DNA from: Octopus bimaculoides
Lineage: Eukaryota
Reading direction: 5' to 3'
DNA: 34,087 nucleotides
NCBI RefSeq assembly: GCF_001194135.2
Contig: NC_068984.1
Span: forward strand, 34,630,066 to 34,664,152
Made by a program: the position numbers and the translations under genes. How positions within the stretch are numbered: the first letter of the stretch is position 1; every line of letters begins with the position of its first letter. Positions 11,507 through 23,299 of the stretch are shown piece after piece. Below the pieces are notes generated by a model. It was given only the letters and a program-made list of their open reading frames with translations. It was not told where the DNA came from and searched no databases.

Positions 11507-11699
11507 GTGGGGAATATAACATGGGTCGTGTATTAGAGTGTGTATATATAAAAAAAGAATGAGATAAAGAGATCAATGGTATAAGTAAAATTATATTATG
11601 TCTACATAAAATATAATTTTACTTATAACAATTATCTCTTTATCTCGTTCTTTTTAATATATACACACGCTAATACACGACCCATGTTATATCCCCCAC
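11507..11699. repeat. Long inverted repeat (foldback), arms about 95 bp with a 2-4 nt loop near 11602
   Basis: The left arm GTGGGGAATATAACATGGGTCGTGTATTAGAGTGTG...AAAATTATATTATGT is the reverse complement of the right arm ACATAAAATATAATTTT...CACACGCTAATACACGACCCATGTTATATCCCCCAC, with about 7 mismatches and 2 small indels by manual alignment. Confidence 0.95.
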
Positions 11700-11804
11700 T
11701 CATGTTACAACCACATCAGGGGCAAAACTAGTCGGTATACAGCACTTACTCGGTATTACCTGTATCTTTAGGCTTTGGTTGACTCCATTACCCTTCCTAA
11801 TCTT

Positions 11805-12250
11805 TATATATATATNNNNNNNNNNNNNNNNNNNNNNNNNNNNNNNNNNNNNNNNNNNNNNNNNNNNNNNNNNNNNNNNNNNNNNNNNNNNNNNNNNNNN
11901 NNNNNNNNNNNNNNNNNNNNNNNNNNNNNNNNNNNNNNNNNNNNNNNNNNNNNNNNNNNNNNNNNNNNNNNNNNNNNNNNNNNNNNNNNNNNNNNNNNNN
12001 NNNNNNNNNNNNNNNNNNNNNNNNNNNNNNNNNNNNNNNNNNNNNNNNNNNNNNNNNNNNNNNNNNNNNNNNNNNNNNNNNNNNNNNNNNNNNNNNNNNN
12101 NNNNNNNNNNNNNNNNNNNNNNNNNNNNNNNNNNNNNNNNNNNNNNNNNNNNNNNNNNNNNNNNNNNNNNNNNNNNNNNNNNNNNNNNNNNNNNNNNNNN
12201 NNNNNNNNNNNNNNNNNNNNNNTATATATATATATATATATATATATGCA
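11805..12250. repeat. (TA)n flanking an assembly gap (N at 11816-12221)
   Basis: Direct reading. Confidence 0.95.
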
Positions 12251-12751
12251 TATATATTTGATTAAAAGTCATGTTAGCCTCATGCAGGGATGGTGTCATC
12301 CAAGCAAATACTGGTTCAATATTAATATTGCACATGTGAATCCAGTGGCAGTTATATCCATGGTGTTTGTGACAAACAGTGAACGTGCTTTAAACGGCAC
12401 ACTGTCTGGTGTACACCCAATATACATACATACATACATATATATATATATTTATATGTGCGTGTGTGGCGTGCGTGTGGGTGTGTGCGCACGTGCCTGT
12501 GTATGTGTGTATGCATGTATGTATATATGTATGAAAGTATGTCATTATTCATGTTTATTTCAATATTTTTTGTCAATAGATAAAGCGTCATTTTCTAACC
12601 TTGATGCAAGGATCTTTCATTCGAATTTCAACAATATCTACAGGGTGTATTTGTGTATATGTACGCATAGGTACAAATTTGTATGTTTTGTTTTATGTGT
12701 GTATTTCCATGCATATAGTAGCATACCTAGACATACACATATATAATTAAA

Positions 12752-13570
12752 TGATAAACTTCTGGAAACGTTTACAACCCTTTTATTTGCAGTGATGGAT
12801 TTAATCTGCAGTCTTGAAATCAGGTTTCTCCTTATTGATTTTGAGAAGCCTAATTTCTCAGGATTGGTATTTAGGCAGTGTGTTTCATATAACGATGCTT
12901 CAATAATTACATGAACTTGCAATATAGATACTGTAACTGTAGATTTCTCAATAGTTCAGTGTAGGTTTTCTCTTTTTTGCTGATCTTTGGCTTTATGTTA
13001 ACATCTGTTAGGCAGCTGATATCCACAACTGCACACAGTTTCTTTTCTTTGTCTCAGATCATTATATCAGGTTTATTGAGGTATTCACTGGGACATTACA
13101 TCAGTGGCTCTGTCTTCTACCGTACAGTGAGTTCTTATTTTTTCTCCTCGCGATTATCCTCCCGTCGGATCTCCTTATACAGTGTCGTAGCTACATTATG
13201 TCCATCGGTAGATAATACCGCGATGACAGTTTCGGACAACTGCTTCTGATGTGGTCGACATCTTCGGTGTTAACACCACAAAGTCTGCAGTGGTTGCCAG
13301 ATATTGCTGCCTTTCCTGCATCTCTGTCCTTTTGTGCATCGGGTATTTGGTTGATATTTCATGTTCCTAGATTGCAAACGCATATCCTCCAAAGAGGGAG
13401 GTAGTAATCCAGTTGTTGGTGCATGATAGATTGTTTTCATGATCAATGTTACTATCATTCCGGAGCTTTCTACTAATATATCCATGGATAGTCTTCTGCT
13501 GATATACGCTCATCCTTTCGTCTGATGGTACATTGGGGTAGAGTCGTGCGACGTCTTTGGGCATGTATTA
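12752..13570 (-). mobile_element. Decayed 3' part of a second RLE-type non-LTR retrotransposon family (R4/Dong-like or a related RLE clade)
   Basis: Minus-strand translation gives MHGYISRKL...GYAFAI*EHEISTKY, CRLCGVNTEDVDHIRSSC (CCHC knuckle), PKLSSRYYLPM, NKPDIMI*DKEKKLCAVVDISC (PD...D RLE core) and KEKTYTELLRNLQLQY. Very short 3' end next to TA-rich repeat. Confidence 0.85.
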
Positions 13571-14229
13571 AAGTTTATCAGAGAGGGAATTCTACCGAAG
13601 GAGCTGCTTTCTATGTATGTAAACTTGGTCAAGGGATGCACTTCAACGCTTGATGGTTAAAATATGTTGCCGCACGGATATGATACGACATTCAAAGCCA
13701 GTCTGGCTTCATGTGAAGCCTCTAACACCTTCTTTTCGTTTTACGTATTACGTTCATATGTACGTACATTCGTATGACCAGAGAAATGGGCATGGTAGAG
13801 AAATCAGAAGACTGATACTTGAACAGTCGCGTTTGTATGTATGTGTGTGAGTGGGTATGTGTATACGGATATACTAATCATATGTGACAGCGAGTATGTA
13901 AAATATTTTCATTCATATTCAATATGAATAAAATAATACGTCATATTATTTTCTCGTGCACAACGGTTTATAATAAAATTCAATATAATATGTAAAATCT
14001 CTTAGGTAACAAAATATTTTTCTTATCAGTTCCAATGTGATGGCAAACATGTACTTAGAAACATATTTGTATGCGTCTTGAAAATATAATTAAAATATTT
14101 CATATGTGTTCTATATCTTGGACATGTGAATACTATGATAATGATTTTAAAATTACATGGGAATGAAATGGGAGAGAAAGAAATGTTATGTCTTTCTACA
14201 GGATTGTGTTGATACAATTCAAATCATAA

Positions 14230-14900
14230 AGGAGAAGGAATCGACGAAGAATAAAAAAAAAAGTAAATACACTTGAAAAACACAGAAAAGAAAAGACGAC
14301 GAAGAAAAAAATAAGAATCAAGATAAGAAGGAATAGTAAAAGAAATACCAGATGAAGAAGAAACAAGAGGAAGCTGGAGACGAAAGAGTAGTGGAAACAA
14401 ACGAACGAAACGATGAATAAGAAAATATCACGCATAGTCAATGAAAAAGAAGGCTAAAAAGATGAGGAAGATGGAGCTTAAGGAAATGTATTTACAACAA
14501 AGAAGAAACAAAGAAAAGGAAGAAATAGAATAAAGAAAAGAGAGAAGAAAAGAATTAGAAGTTGATGAGTTGATGATGACGAAGACGTCGATAGGGTAAA
14601 ATGATGAAAATTAATATTAAACGCTTTAAATGTAAAGGAAATAGAAAATAACAAAGATTCATAAATGAAGAATATGTAGATGGCAAGGAGTTGGAAGTGA
14701 GAAGAAAAAAAGAAATAGACAAAAGTAGGAGCAACTGAGCAGAACAATTAAAAAGAGAAAAAAAGAATGAAAAGGAGTTTAAAAAATGCTGAAAGAAAAG
14801 AAAAATACAAAAGGAGAAAAACAGGTATGCGGATAAACAGAAGGGTAAATATTAATTTAATAGTTGCAAAGACAGCGGCAGATAAAGCAAACACAGAGGA
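14230..14900. repeat. Purine-rich (GAA/AAG/AAAG) low-complexity tract
   Basis: Strong A/G strand skew with no stable period; it produces the Phe/Leu-rich minus-strand ORFs. Confidence 0.8.
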
Positions 14901-15914
14901 AACAGAAATTTATAAAGAAATCTCGCGTTAACAAAACATATTTTACAATGGTGAATAGAAAATACATACAATTTTAAGACGTTTCGTCTTGTAACTACAA
15001 AATATTCACAAAAGTCGAATAATATAAGATTATATTCATAGAATGCAGCAATTTATTTTGTTACTATTCAGATTCGAAAATGTATACCATTATATATTCT
15101 GCGTCTCAAAGTAAAAATTTAGCAACCGTTTTCAAGCAAATGAAGTGGAAGCTTACAAAATTGAAAATATATGATATAATATTATTAAAAATAATGATAC
15201 ATGTAACGTACATACGTATATGCATGAATGTAAATGTATGTGAATATAGATTCATATACTCATGAGTGTATCTAAAAGCTTCCTGTCCTCAATCAAGTTG
15301 TACTTCTCAAGAACTTTTAAGTATCATGAAGTCTTTAAAGTCGAAAACGTAAAGCTTAGCTATTGAAACTTGTGTAATATCACCTCCAATACTGCAGTCT
15401 AAGACTGAAACATACACACTGAATATTCATGTTTAACTGTTGAAATCTTATCACCTGCCCACTCTGCAGGTAATCTCTAGAGCCCCACTCACACTATCTG
15501 ATAGAATCATAAAATATACAGTGGTAACACTGATTTCAAGAAACAACATTATTTTAGATGTGTCAGGAGAGTACACTAGCTGTCTATGCGGTTTCATCTG
15601 AAGACTCCAAAACCAAAGAAACTTGCCTAACATCATATATATCATTCTTGATCTGATTCCTTCTTTCTCATTTATAATTTGTAATTGCCAACTTTGCCAA
15701 CCTGAGAATCCGTAATAGCTCTATATCTTTTAGTACATCTTTTAGCAAACAGGAATTGTATTTTCCCACGATTGATGCTGAGTGATGCAAATTCTTTTCT
15801 TTCCAGATGTTCAGATAAAATTATTAAACATCTAAAGTAGAAGGATGTTTTTTACAAAGAAATTGTTTTACATCAACATGCGGAATAGAAGTATACCTGT
15901 AGGTAACGCTGGTA

Positions 15915-17030
15915 CTTCATTGTATATTTCTATGTTTAGAAAATGTTATATGCAGAGTGCACTGGAAGATTATTTAGCCTCAACACCTCATCTTATCCTC
16001 CACTGTACAGCAATTGGTAGCGAAGCTATTCTTTGCATGCTGGAGATAACTTTCCGACGAGCTAAGTACGACTATGCCATCTGCAAATATCAGCTGGCCG
16101 ATACTGCACCGACTGATTAGGATTCCACTTCCACAAGGGATGTACATAGCAATGCAGTTAATAAATAATAAGGTAAGTGGAGATGACAATGTGCATCCAT
16201 GCTACATCTAACACATACGTTGACAGGTTTCAATTTGGAACATTTTACGCTAACATAAATATCTGAACACCCGTATAGGGACTTCTGGGTAACCAGAAGT
16301 TGCACATGAGGCTCAAGCGCTTGCAAGATCTTCCAAAGTATGTCTCGTCGCTCGTAGTCTACAAAATGAGCATATAATTTTTTGGTGATATTTCCAAGAT
16401 GACTCAAAATCTGTCGTTGAGTGGTTTATCTGTGAAGTATAGAAGCTTCTGTCCTTTAGCTGGCTAGGTCTCAGCAACTTCTCTACATCTCTTTTCTAGA
16501 CACGAAGTGGTGGCTTTATCGGGTGGGTTTCAACAAGTAAATTCCTGTATAATGACATCAATTCTTCTTATTTGAATTTTTCATAAGCTGGGATATTCAA
16601 CCCGAGGTGTCACTGCTTCCATGTATTTCCAGGCGTCCAAATCACATAACTTAGGGTACACGAATCAGCTAGATTTTATTTAACGCATTTCAAATTTAAA
16701 GCTGAAATTCATCTTCCCCATCAGCTTTGTCATTCTTGAGTAATTAATTGCCGCAGTGACCTCAACCTGTGAGAAGAAAGACTACACTCCTAAACGCACT
16801 ACGTATCCGTCAGGAGATTTTATTGCAGTTTAGGAAATCATCAAAATATTCCATTCATCTCTCAACAATGAGCTTCTTCGCAAAGAGAACAACTCAGCAG
16901 AGTTCTTAATTGCAAATGTGGAAACTGTCTTCTTGTTACAAAGTTGGCAGATGGTTTGCCATAATACGTTATTGGTCAATCTAAAGTATTTGAAACCTTT
17001 TCTGTTAATTGTAGAATCTTCTGTCATTGT
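15915..17030 (-). mobile_element. Decayed RTE-clade LINE internal fragment (linker and reverse transcriptase)
   Basis: Minus-strand translation gives NNVLWQTICQL (compare ANKVFWQTIRRL), LYAHFVDYERRDILWKILQ...QLLVTQKSLY (compare YACFVDLEKAYDRVPR..LW.VL...QLL.AIKSLY) and QLIFADGIVVLSSSESYLQHA (RT YADD-type motif). Many stops and frameshifts. Confidence 0.85.
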
Positions 17031-18382
17031 GTTATCTACAACGTTATAGTGTTTTATCTAGAACGCAACTTTTGTTATCTCATCGTAAATCCTTCTTACT
17101 AGATTACAAAGGGAAACTTTTCACATGATACCTAATTAATATCAGATGTTGCTGTATGACCTGATTGGTCTCCAAAGTTACTGTCAATAATATTTTCGGA
17201 TAACATTACAAAGCGCGGCCTTCTGTCGAAATACACAAAATTTTGTATGCGGACATATAATAAGGTTGTGCAAGCATCTAATTAATTTTACATATGGTTA
17301 ACAGAGGGAAATACATTATGTAGTCTCCTATTTTACTCATATTGCTACGTAAATACACTTCAATATTTATAGATTAGAACGCGTTAAAGGTATATTTTGT
17401 GACATTGAATAATTTGTCGTTGATGTTAAGCCTCTGCAACCTCTTTTCATCTTAGCACAGGTGTTCTACTTTATTGTTAATGAGAAAATCAGTAAGAAAG
17501 TGCTGATTAATATTATCCAGAATAAATATCAACAGCTTCGACATTATTTAGCAACTAACATCGTAGCCAAAATGTTGAAGGGGTTATTGGTGCAGTAAAT
17601 ACATTGTATGCCAAATGTTTAGTGTATATGTCGAGCTATAGGAACCATATCTCTCTCTTAAGTATCTTTTTCTAGTTATTAATTTAGCAAACAAATACAT
17701 TTTATCCATACTCATTGACTTGTAACAGACCTCATAAAATATCGGATAAACAGCAGAGGTATTGTTCATTCTATGGAATTTAATTGAAGAATGTTTGGAA
17801 TGATTTACAAATCTGTAATGTACTTCTAGTCGTTAATGCAAACATATTGTTTATAGTGCAGTACCCCAGTCATAAGTCGAAACTAGATTCTATGCCATGA
17901 ATGAAAGAGCTTCAAGTGCAGCATGACTACCTTCAGTCTGTTCCAAACATATACAAATATTGACAACCTGTTGGAAGCTGACGTTTACAACAATGCAGGA
18001 ACCTTGTTCCCTGCTCGATAGAACAATAAGAATTATTTTGTACATGCACAATATAAGCAATATCGCAATGACTATTTTTAAAACGTGGGACATATCCTGG
18101 TTCTCATTAACGAAGAAGTTTAATCCAAAGAATCAAGCCCAATTCTTGTTATTTTCTGTTCTATTAAGCCTGCTACTCATTCTATTCCCTACATCTGCTG
18201 AGTCGCTGTGTTAAGGGTATATAAACGCACTGGCACCGGTTATCCATTGGTTGTTGCGGGCAAAAACGAACACAATTACACTCACACCCACAGACAACAT
18301 ATAGCAAAACATGACTGCAAAATTTACACATTTTTCATTTGCTAATAGGAATGACAAAATTATACGTTCTTCAGTCATAAAA

Positions 18383-18395
18383 TCAACTAATATAT

Positions 18396-18428
<33 letters not shown>

Positions 18429-18517
18429 CATGTATCTATATATATACATATATATATATACACATATATAGATACACACATATACATATATATATATATA
18501 TATATACACGTATATAC

Positions 18518-18598
<81 letters not shown>

Positions 18599-18750
18599 CA
18601 AATATATACATATATATATACGTACATATATATATATATATGTATATATATATGTATATGTATATATATATATATGTTTATATATATGTGTGTGTGTGTG
18701 TGTGTGTTTGTGTGTGTGTGTCGGTCTGTCTGTCGGTCTGTCTGTCTTTA
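18383..18750. repeat. Compound microsatellite (CA)n-(TA)n-(TG)n-(GTCT)n
   Basis: Direct reading. Confidence 0.95.
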
Positions 18751-19117
18751 CTAGATATTTGCATATCATGAATTGTAATGGTAATAAAACACCAGCGGAT
18801 ATTTGTTTCCTCGGTTTGAACGGTCTGGCTTTCTGATAATTTTCCTTCTATCATTATTTGATTGTTCGTTCCTGTCTGGGCTATCAAAGGTCTTCTTTTT
18901 TTTTTTTGTTGGTCGAAATTATTCATACCAAAATGTAATTTCTGACGAAGAATCCAATTTTTCTTTGAAACAGATTTTTTGGTTTTCGTCTTTGGAATTA
19001 ATTAGACTCCGAAACAATTTGTTAAATATATACTGGTTTTGTACCAAACTGGATTTGAATTAAAGATCGTCTACGCCTATATATTTTTTTCCTTTCCTTA
19101 TACTTTACATATATACA

Positions 19118-19182
19118 CTTTCAGCTTCCGTCAACCAAATTCACTAACGGTGTTTGGTCGGCCAGGGGCTATAGCTGAAGCC
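19118..19182 (-). mobile_element. Short remnant related to the SINE at 20660-21021
   Basis: TTTGGTCGGCCAGGGGCTATA here matches TTTGGTCGGCCCGAGGCTATA near 20906-20926. Confidence 0.5.
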
Positions 19183-19773
19183 GTTTATCACAGCTACGCT
19201 TGCACCTGAATAGTTTTGGCAAAAATGTTATTTCACATACAAAAAGCTAGTATATTTTACGAACATATTTGGATAGATGTTGCTTATATGCGTGATATAT
19301 TCTTCACGAACACAACATCATGAACATATTGTTACACTACGTGGTGGATTAGTAGCATTGCTGTATTTTTTTATTCATCAATATCCCCTAGTTATTGCCC
19401 TCTTTTCTAAATAGCAAAGGCATATATTTCATGATAGGATGAGGTACATTTATTTTATGCTCAGGAAAAAAATCTCTGCCTGTCATTGTTGTTGGTACAC
19501 TGTAAACTATGGGATACATACTCTTTCATGTGTTTCTGCCTATATAATGAGTTTTCCAAATGTTTCATTTAGACAAAGGCTAAGTAGATTTGATTCACAC
19601 ACAACAGCCGTGTTTTCAGGATTTCTTCAACTATTTAAGCAGACATATGATGTACTGTTGTAATGCATCGCTCACTTCCCTTTCAATTAACACTGATTCA
19701 CACTGTATCAGTTTCGGTATTAGTAAATTGCGGTTTTGATGATCACGTACTACGCTCTTCAAATGTGTTGTAT

Positions 19774-19778
<5 letters not shown>

Positions 19779-19830
<52 letters not shown>
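19779..19830. repeat. (CA)n microsatellite
   Basis: Direct reading. Confidence 0.95.
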
Positions 19831-19834
<4 letters not shown>

Positions 19835-20129
19835 AGTACTACATTCTACAATTTCACATTTATGCCAATAATTATCAATGAAATTGGATATCTTGGTGAT
19901 TAAGCGACAACCTGTAAAAGATAGGATTGTCGAGGTAAAGAAAAACATCAAATGTGAGCAAAATGCTAGCACTAGAACATGTATGTTTGTGTATAAGCAT
20001 GCGTAGCGCACGTTGTTTGTTTGTGTTTCAGTATCGTTGTATGTGTGAGTGTGCGTGAGCAATGTGTATTTGATATGCGTATATTTTAAAGTGCATATGT
20101 GTGTGTGTATTAGTGTATGCAAAATATTA

Positions 20130-20440
20130 AACTATTCGTAGAAATTACAGGATGTATCATATGAACAGTTACTATTTAAATACTAGGTAAAAAGAACTAA
20201 AATGGAGACAAATATCGATTTTCAATATCATAAAAGTCCTTTAAAGGAATATTATCCTCCAGAGGAATTTCCTCTGGAGGGATATTAAAATTGTAATGAT
20301 TATTCTTTTTATTGTTAAAGAACGATTTCAATTCATCATTATGGTTCCGCGATATTAATATATCAATATCAAAAAGGGGAAGTGTAATAACGGCCTGCAA
20401 ATTGTTGAAATATAATAAGTATAACGATATTTCTGATCAT
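20130..20440 (-). mobile_element. Possible highly decayed Penelope-like RT C-terminal fragment
   Basis: The minus-strand ORF LPLFDIDILISRNHNDELKSFFNNKKNNHYNFNIPPEEIPLEDNIPLKDFYDI, followed after a frameshift by IFVSILV, loosely parallels the PLE motif FLDL.I.I.N....T..YDKRDDF.F.I.NFP.LDS.IP....YGV.ISQL. Recognised by eye only. Confidence 0.4.
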
Positions 20441-20659
20441 AAACATTATCAAACTCATACCTACATACTTAATCATACACACACACACGCACGCACACGC
20501 ACAAACATACTTATATGTACATACATATGTAGGAAAAATAAATTCAAGAAAGAATTAAAACTTTTTGAGAGGTCCAAAAAGAGAGAAAGAGTGATTTCCA
20601 ATAAAGATTCATCATATTCATAAAAAAATGTAGTCAGAGCAAGTAGTAGGAATATAATC

Positions 20660-21021
20660 TTTATTCTCTTTTACTATTTTACTTGTTTCAATCATTTGAC
20701 TGCGGCCATGGTGGTGCACCGCCTTTTAGTCGAGCAAATCGACCAGGATTTATTCTTTGGAAGCCTAGTACTTATTCTATCGGTCTCTTTTGCTGAAGCG
20801 CTAAGTTACCATCAGTTGTCCAAGCGATGTTGGGGGGATAAACACAGACACACAAACATATACACACACTTACATACGCATACATATACATATATACGAC
20901 GGGCTTTGGTCGGCCCGAGGCTATACTAGGAGACACTTGCCCAAGGTGCCACGCAGTGGGAATGAACTCGGAACCATGTGGTTGGTAGGCAAGCTACTTA
21001 CCACACAGCCACTCCTGCGCC
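20660..21021 (-). mobile_element. Composite tRNA-derived SINE with a CORE-like motif, internal TA/TG microsatellite and a second Meta-like module
   Basis: The minus strand starts GGCGCAGGAGTGGCTGTGTGGTAAG (A-box-like), then GGTTCCGAGTTCATTCCC (B-box-like) and GGCACCTTGGGCAAGTG (CORE/MIR-like CCTTGGGCAAG). Internal simple repeat; A-rich tail AAACAAGTAAAATAGTAAAAGAGAATAAAG. Confidence 0.88.
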
Positions 21022-21306
21022 TGTATGAAAATAGTGGTTGAAAAATACCGTTAGAAGTATAAATATACGATAAACAATTATAGAAAACGGAGGAGAAAAA
21101 GATGTTGCATCAAAATTAGATTTAACACAAAATAGGATTCAATACATACGCGCGTTTCAAAGGACTATACAAATATCCATTGTCATTGTCATCAGTGTAA
21201 AGAATTTTGGGAAGGACATACATATATTCATACATATACACAAACACACGCATTTAATATATTTGCACATATGTATGCATGTATATTTATATGTATGTGT
21301 GTAAAC

Positions 21307-21345
<39 letters not shown>

Positions 21346-21475
21346 GGAGTAAGCACATGAAATGTGCATCAAGGTGGAAAAAAGAGTACTCAAATACCAA
21401 ATAACAAACCTGTCTGATGAACGGGAAACTCAGAGTAACAGTTTTTTTGTTATATTTCTGCTGCTTTTAAATAAA

Positions 21476-21476
<1 letters not shown>

Positions 21477-21569
<93 letters not shown>

Positions 21570-21660
21570 ATGTATATATATATGTTTGTGTGTTTACGTG
21601 CATACATACACGCATATGCGTTTGCATATATATGTATATATATATGCATGTGTGTATGTC
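21477..21660. repeat. (TA)n-(TG)n compound microsatellite
   Basis: Direct reading. Confidence 0.95.
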
Positions 21661-21805
21661 TGTCGATACTTAAATGTAGGTGGTGTATTGGTTAATAATG
21701 ACAACTTATCTTTCCAGGCTTTGTTTTACTGCAAGTAACCATCAGTAAGGCTACAATATAGAACTAACGCGAGCTCACATTCACTTTTATATATATGTAT
21801 ATGTA

Positions 21806-21808
<3 letters not shown>

Positions 21809-21865
<57 letters not shown>

Positions 21866-22599
21866 NNNNNNNNNNNNNNNNNNNNNNNNNNNNNNNNNNN
21901 NNNNNNNNNNNNNNNNNNNNNNNNNNNNNNNNNNNNNNNNNNNNNNNNNNNNNNNNNNNNNNNNNNNNNNNNNNNNNNNNNNNNNNNNNNNNNNNNNNNN
22001 NNNNNNNNNNNNNNNNNNNNNNNNNNNNNNNNNNNNNNNNNNNNNNNNNNNNNNNNNNNNNNNNNNNNNNNNNNNNNNNNNNNNNNNNNNNNNNNNNNNN
22101 NNNNNNNNNNNNNNNNNNNNNNNNNNNNNNNNNNNNNNNNNNNNNNNNNNNNNNNNNNNNNNNNNNNNNNNNNNNNNNNNNNNNNNNNNNNNNNNNNNNN
22201 NNNNNNNNNNNNNNNNNNNNNNNNNNNNNNNNNNNNNNNNNNNNNNNNNNNNNNNNNNNNNNNNNNNNNNNNNNNNNNNNNNNNNNNNNNNNNNNNNNNN
22301 NNNNNNNNNNNNNNNNNNNNNNNNNNNNNNNNNNNNNNNNNNNNNNNNNNNNNNNNNNNNNNNNNNNNNNNNNNNNNNNNNNNNNNNNNNNNNNNNNNNN
22401 NNNNNNNNNNNNNNNNNNNNNNNNNNNNNNNNNNNNNNNNNNNNNNNNNNNNNNNNNNNNNNNNNNNNNNNNNNNNNNNNNNNNNNNNNNNNNNNNNNNN
22501 NNNNNNNNNNNNNNNNNNNNNNNNNNNNNNNNNNNNNNNNNNNNNNNNNNNNNNNNNNNNNNNNNNNNNNNNNNNNNNNNNNNNNNNNNNNNNNNNNNA
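21809..22599. repeat. (CT)n-(TA)n running into an assembly gap (N at 21866-22599)
   Basis: Direct reading. Confidence 0.95.
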
Positions 22600-23299
22600 T
22601 ATATAGGAGAAATTAAGATATATAATTATTGAATGGAATTTTCAAATCTTGTGAAACGCATTGTAAAGAGTTATTGTGTGTTCTTCAAATTTTTTATGGG
22701 ATTTCAATTTTTGAAATTCTATTTTCTTGCTACCTAATCCGCGGTAACTTTACGTATGTCCTCCCACTTTTGCATTTATGGATTATTCTTTCTGAAATAT
22801 AGTTTCCTAATATTATGATTTCGCAAGATTGCTATTTGATTATATACATTATGAAATATAAAATAGCATTTAGTAATGCTTTACAACACACCTATTTCCT
22901 GGTAACAGGCATTTATTGAATTGCATTTTATTCCTATTGTAGTTATTATGTGAATTTTCGAAATTATTTTTTCTTTAACAAACTGTGACAGAAGAAACTT
23001 TCATGATGTGCTAAAAAATCATGGGCCTCCTCCGGAAATCCTTTCATAAGTGTGGAGCATAAAACCGTGGGGATAGATTTTAATGAAGGCACCTCAGTAT
23101 TGGGAAATATATTTGAAGTATTTGAAGAAAAACAATGGCGAAAATGTCTAACATTTTCATTAATGGAAAAACAATGGTTCAGTCGGTAATGAGAGTTTTA
23201 TTCTTGGTTATGTCTTGATACTAACCGAGAGGGATAGGTCTCTAATCTAAGTATCTATTGTCCAAGTGCTTAATAATGACCGAGTGTTTTCCTTGACTC

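Noticed and set aside
15460-15601. CCACTCTGCAG followed by a 43-codon open frame (VISRAPLTLSDRIIKYTVV...)
   Set aside because: Weak pyrimidine tract and no recognisable homology.
18228-18260. TATATAAA followed by ATTGG as a promoter
   Set aside because: TATA-like words are ubiquitous in this AT-rich sequence and no downstream gene is supported.
748-22599. Four N-gaps as biologically meaningful spacers
   Set aside because: Each abuts a (TA)n tract, as expected for short-read assembly dropouts; their content is unknown and could hide features.
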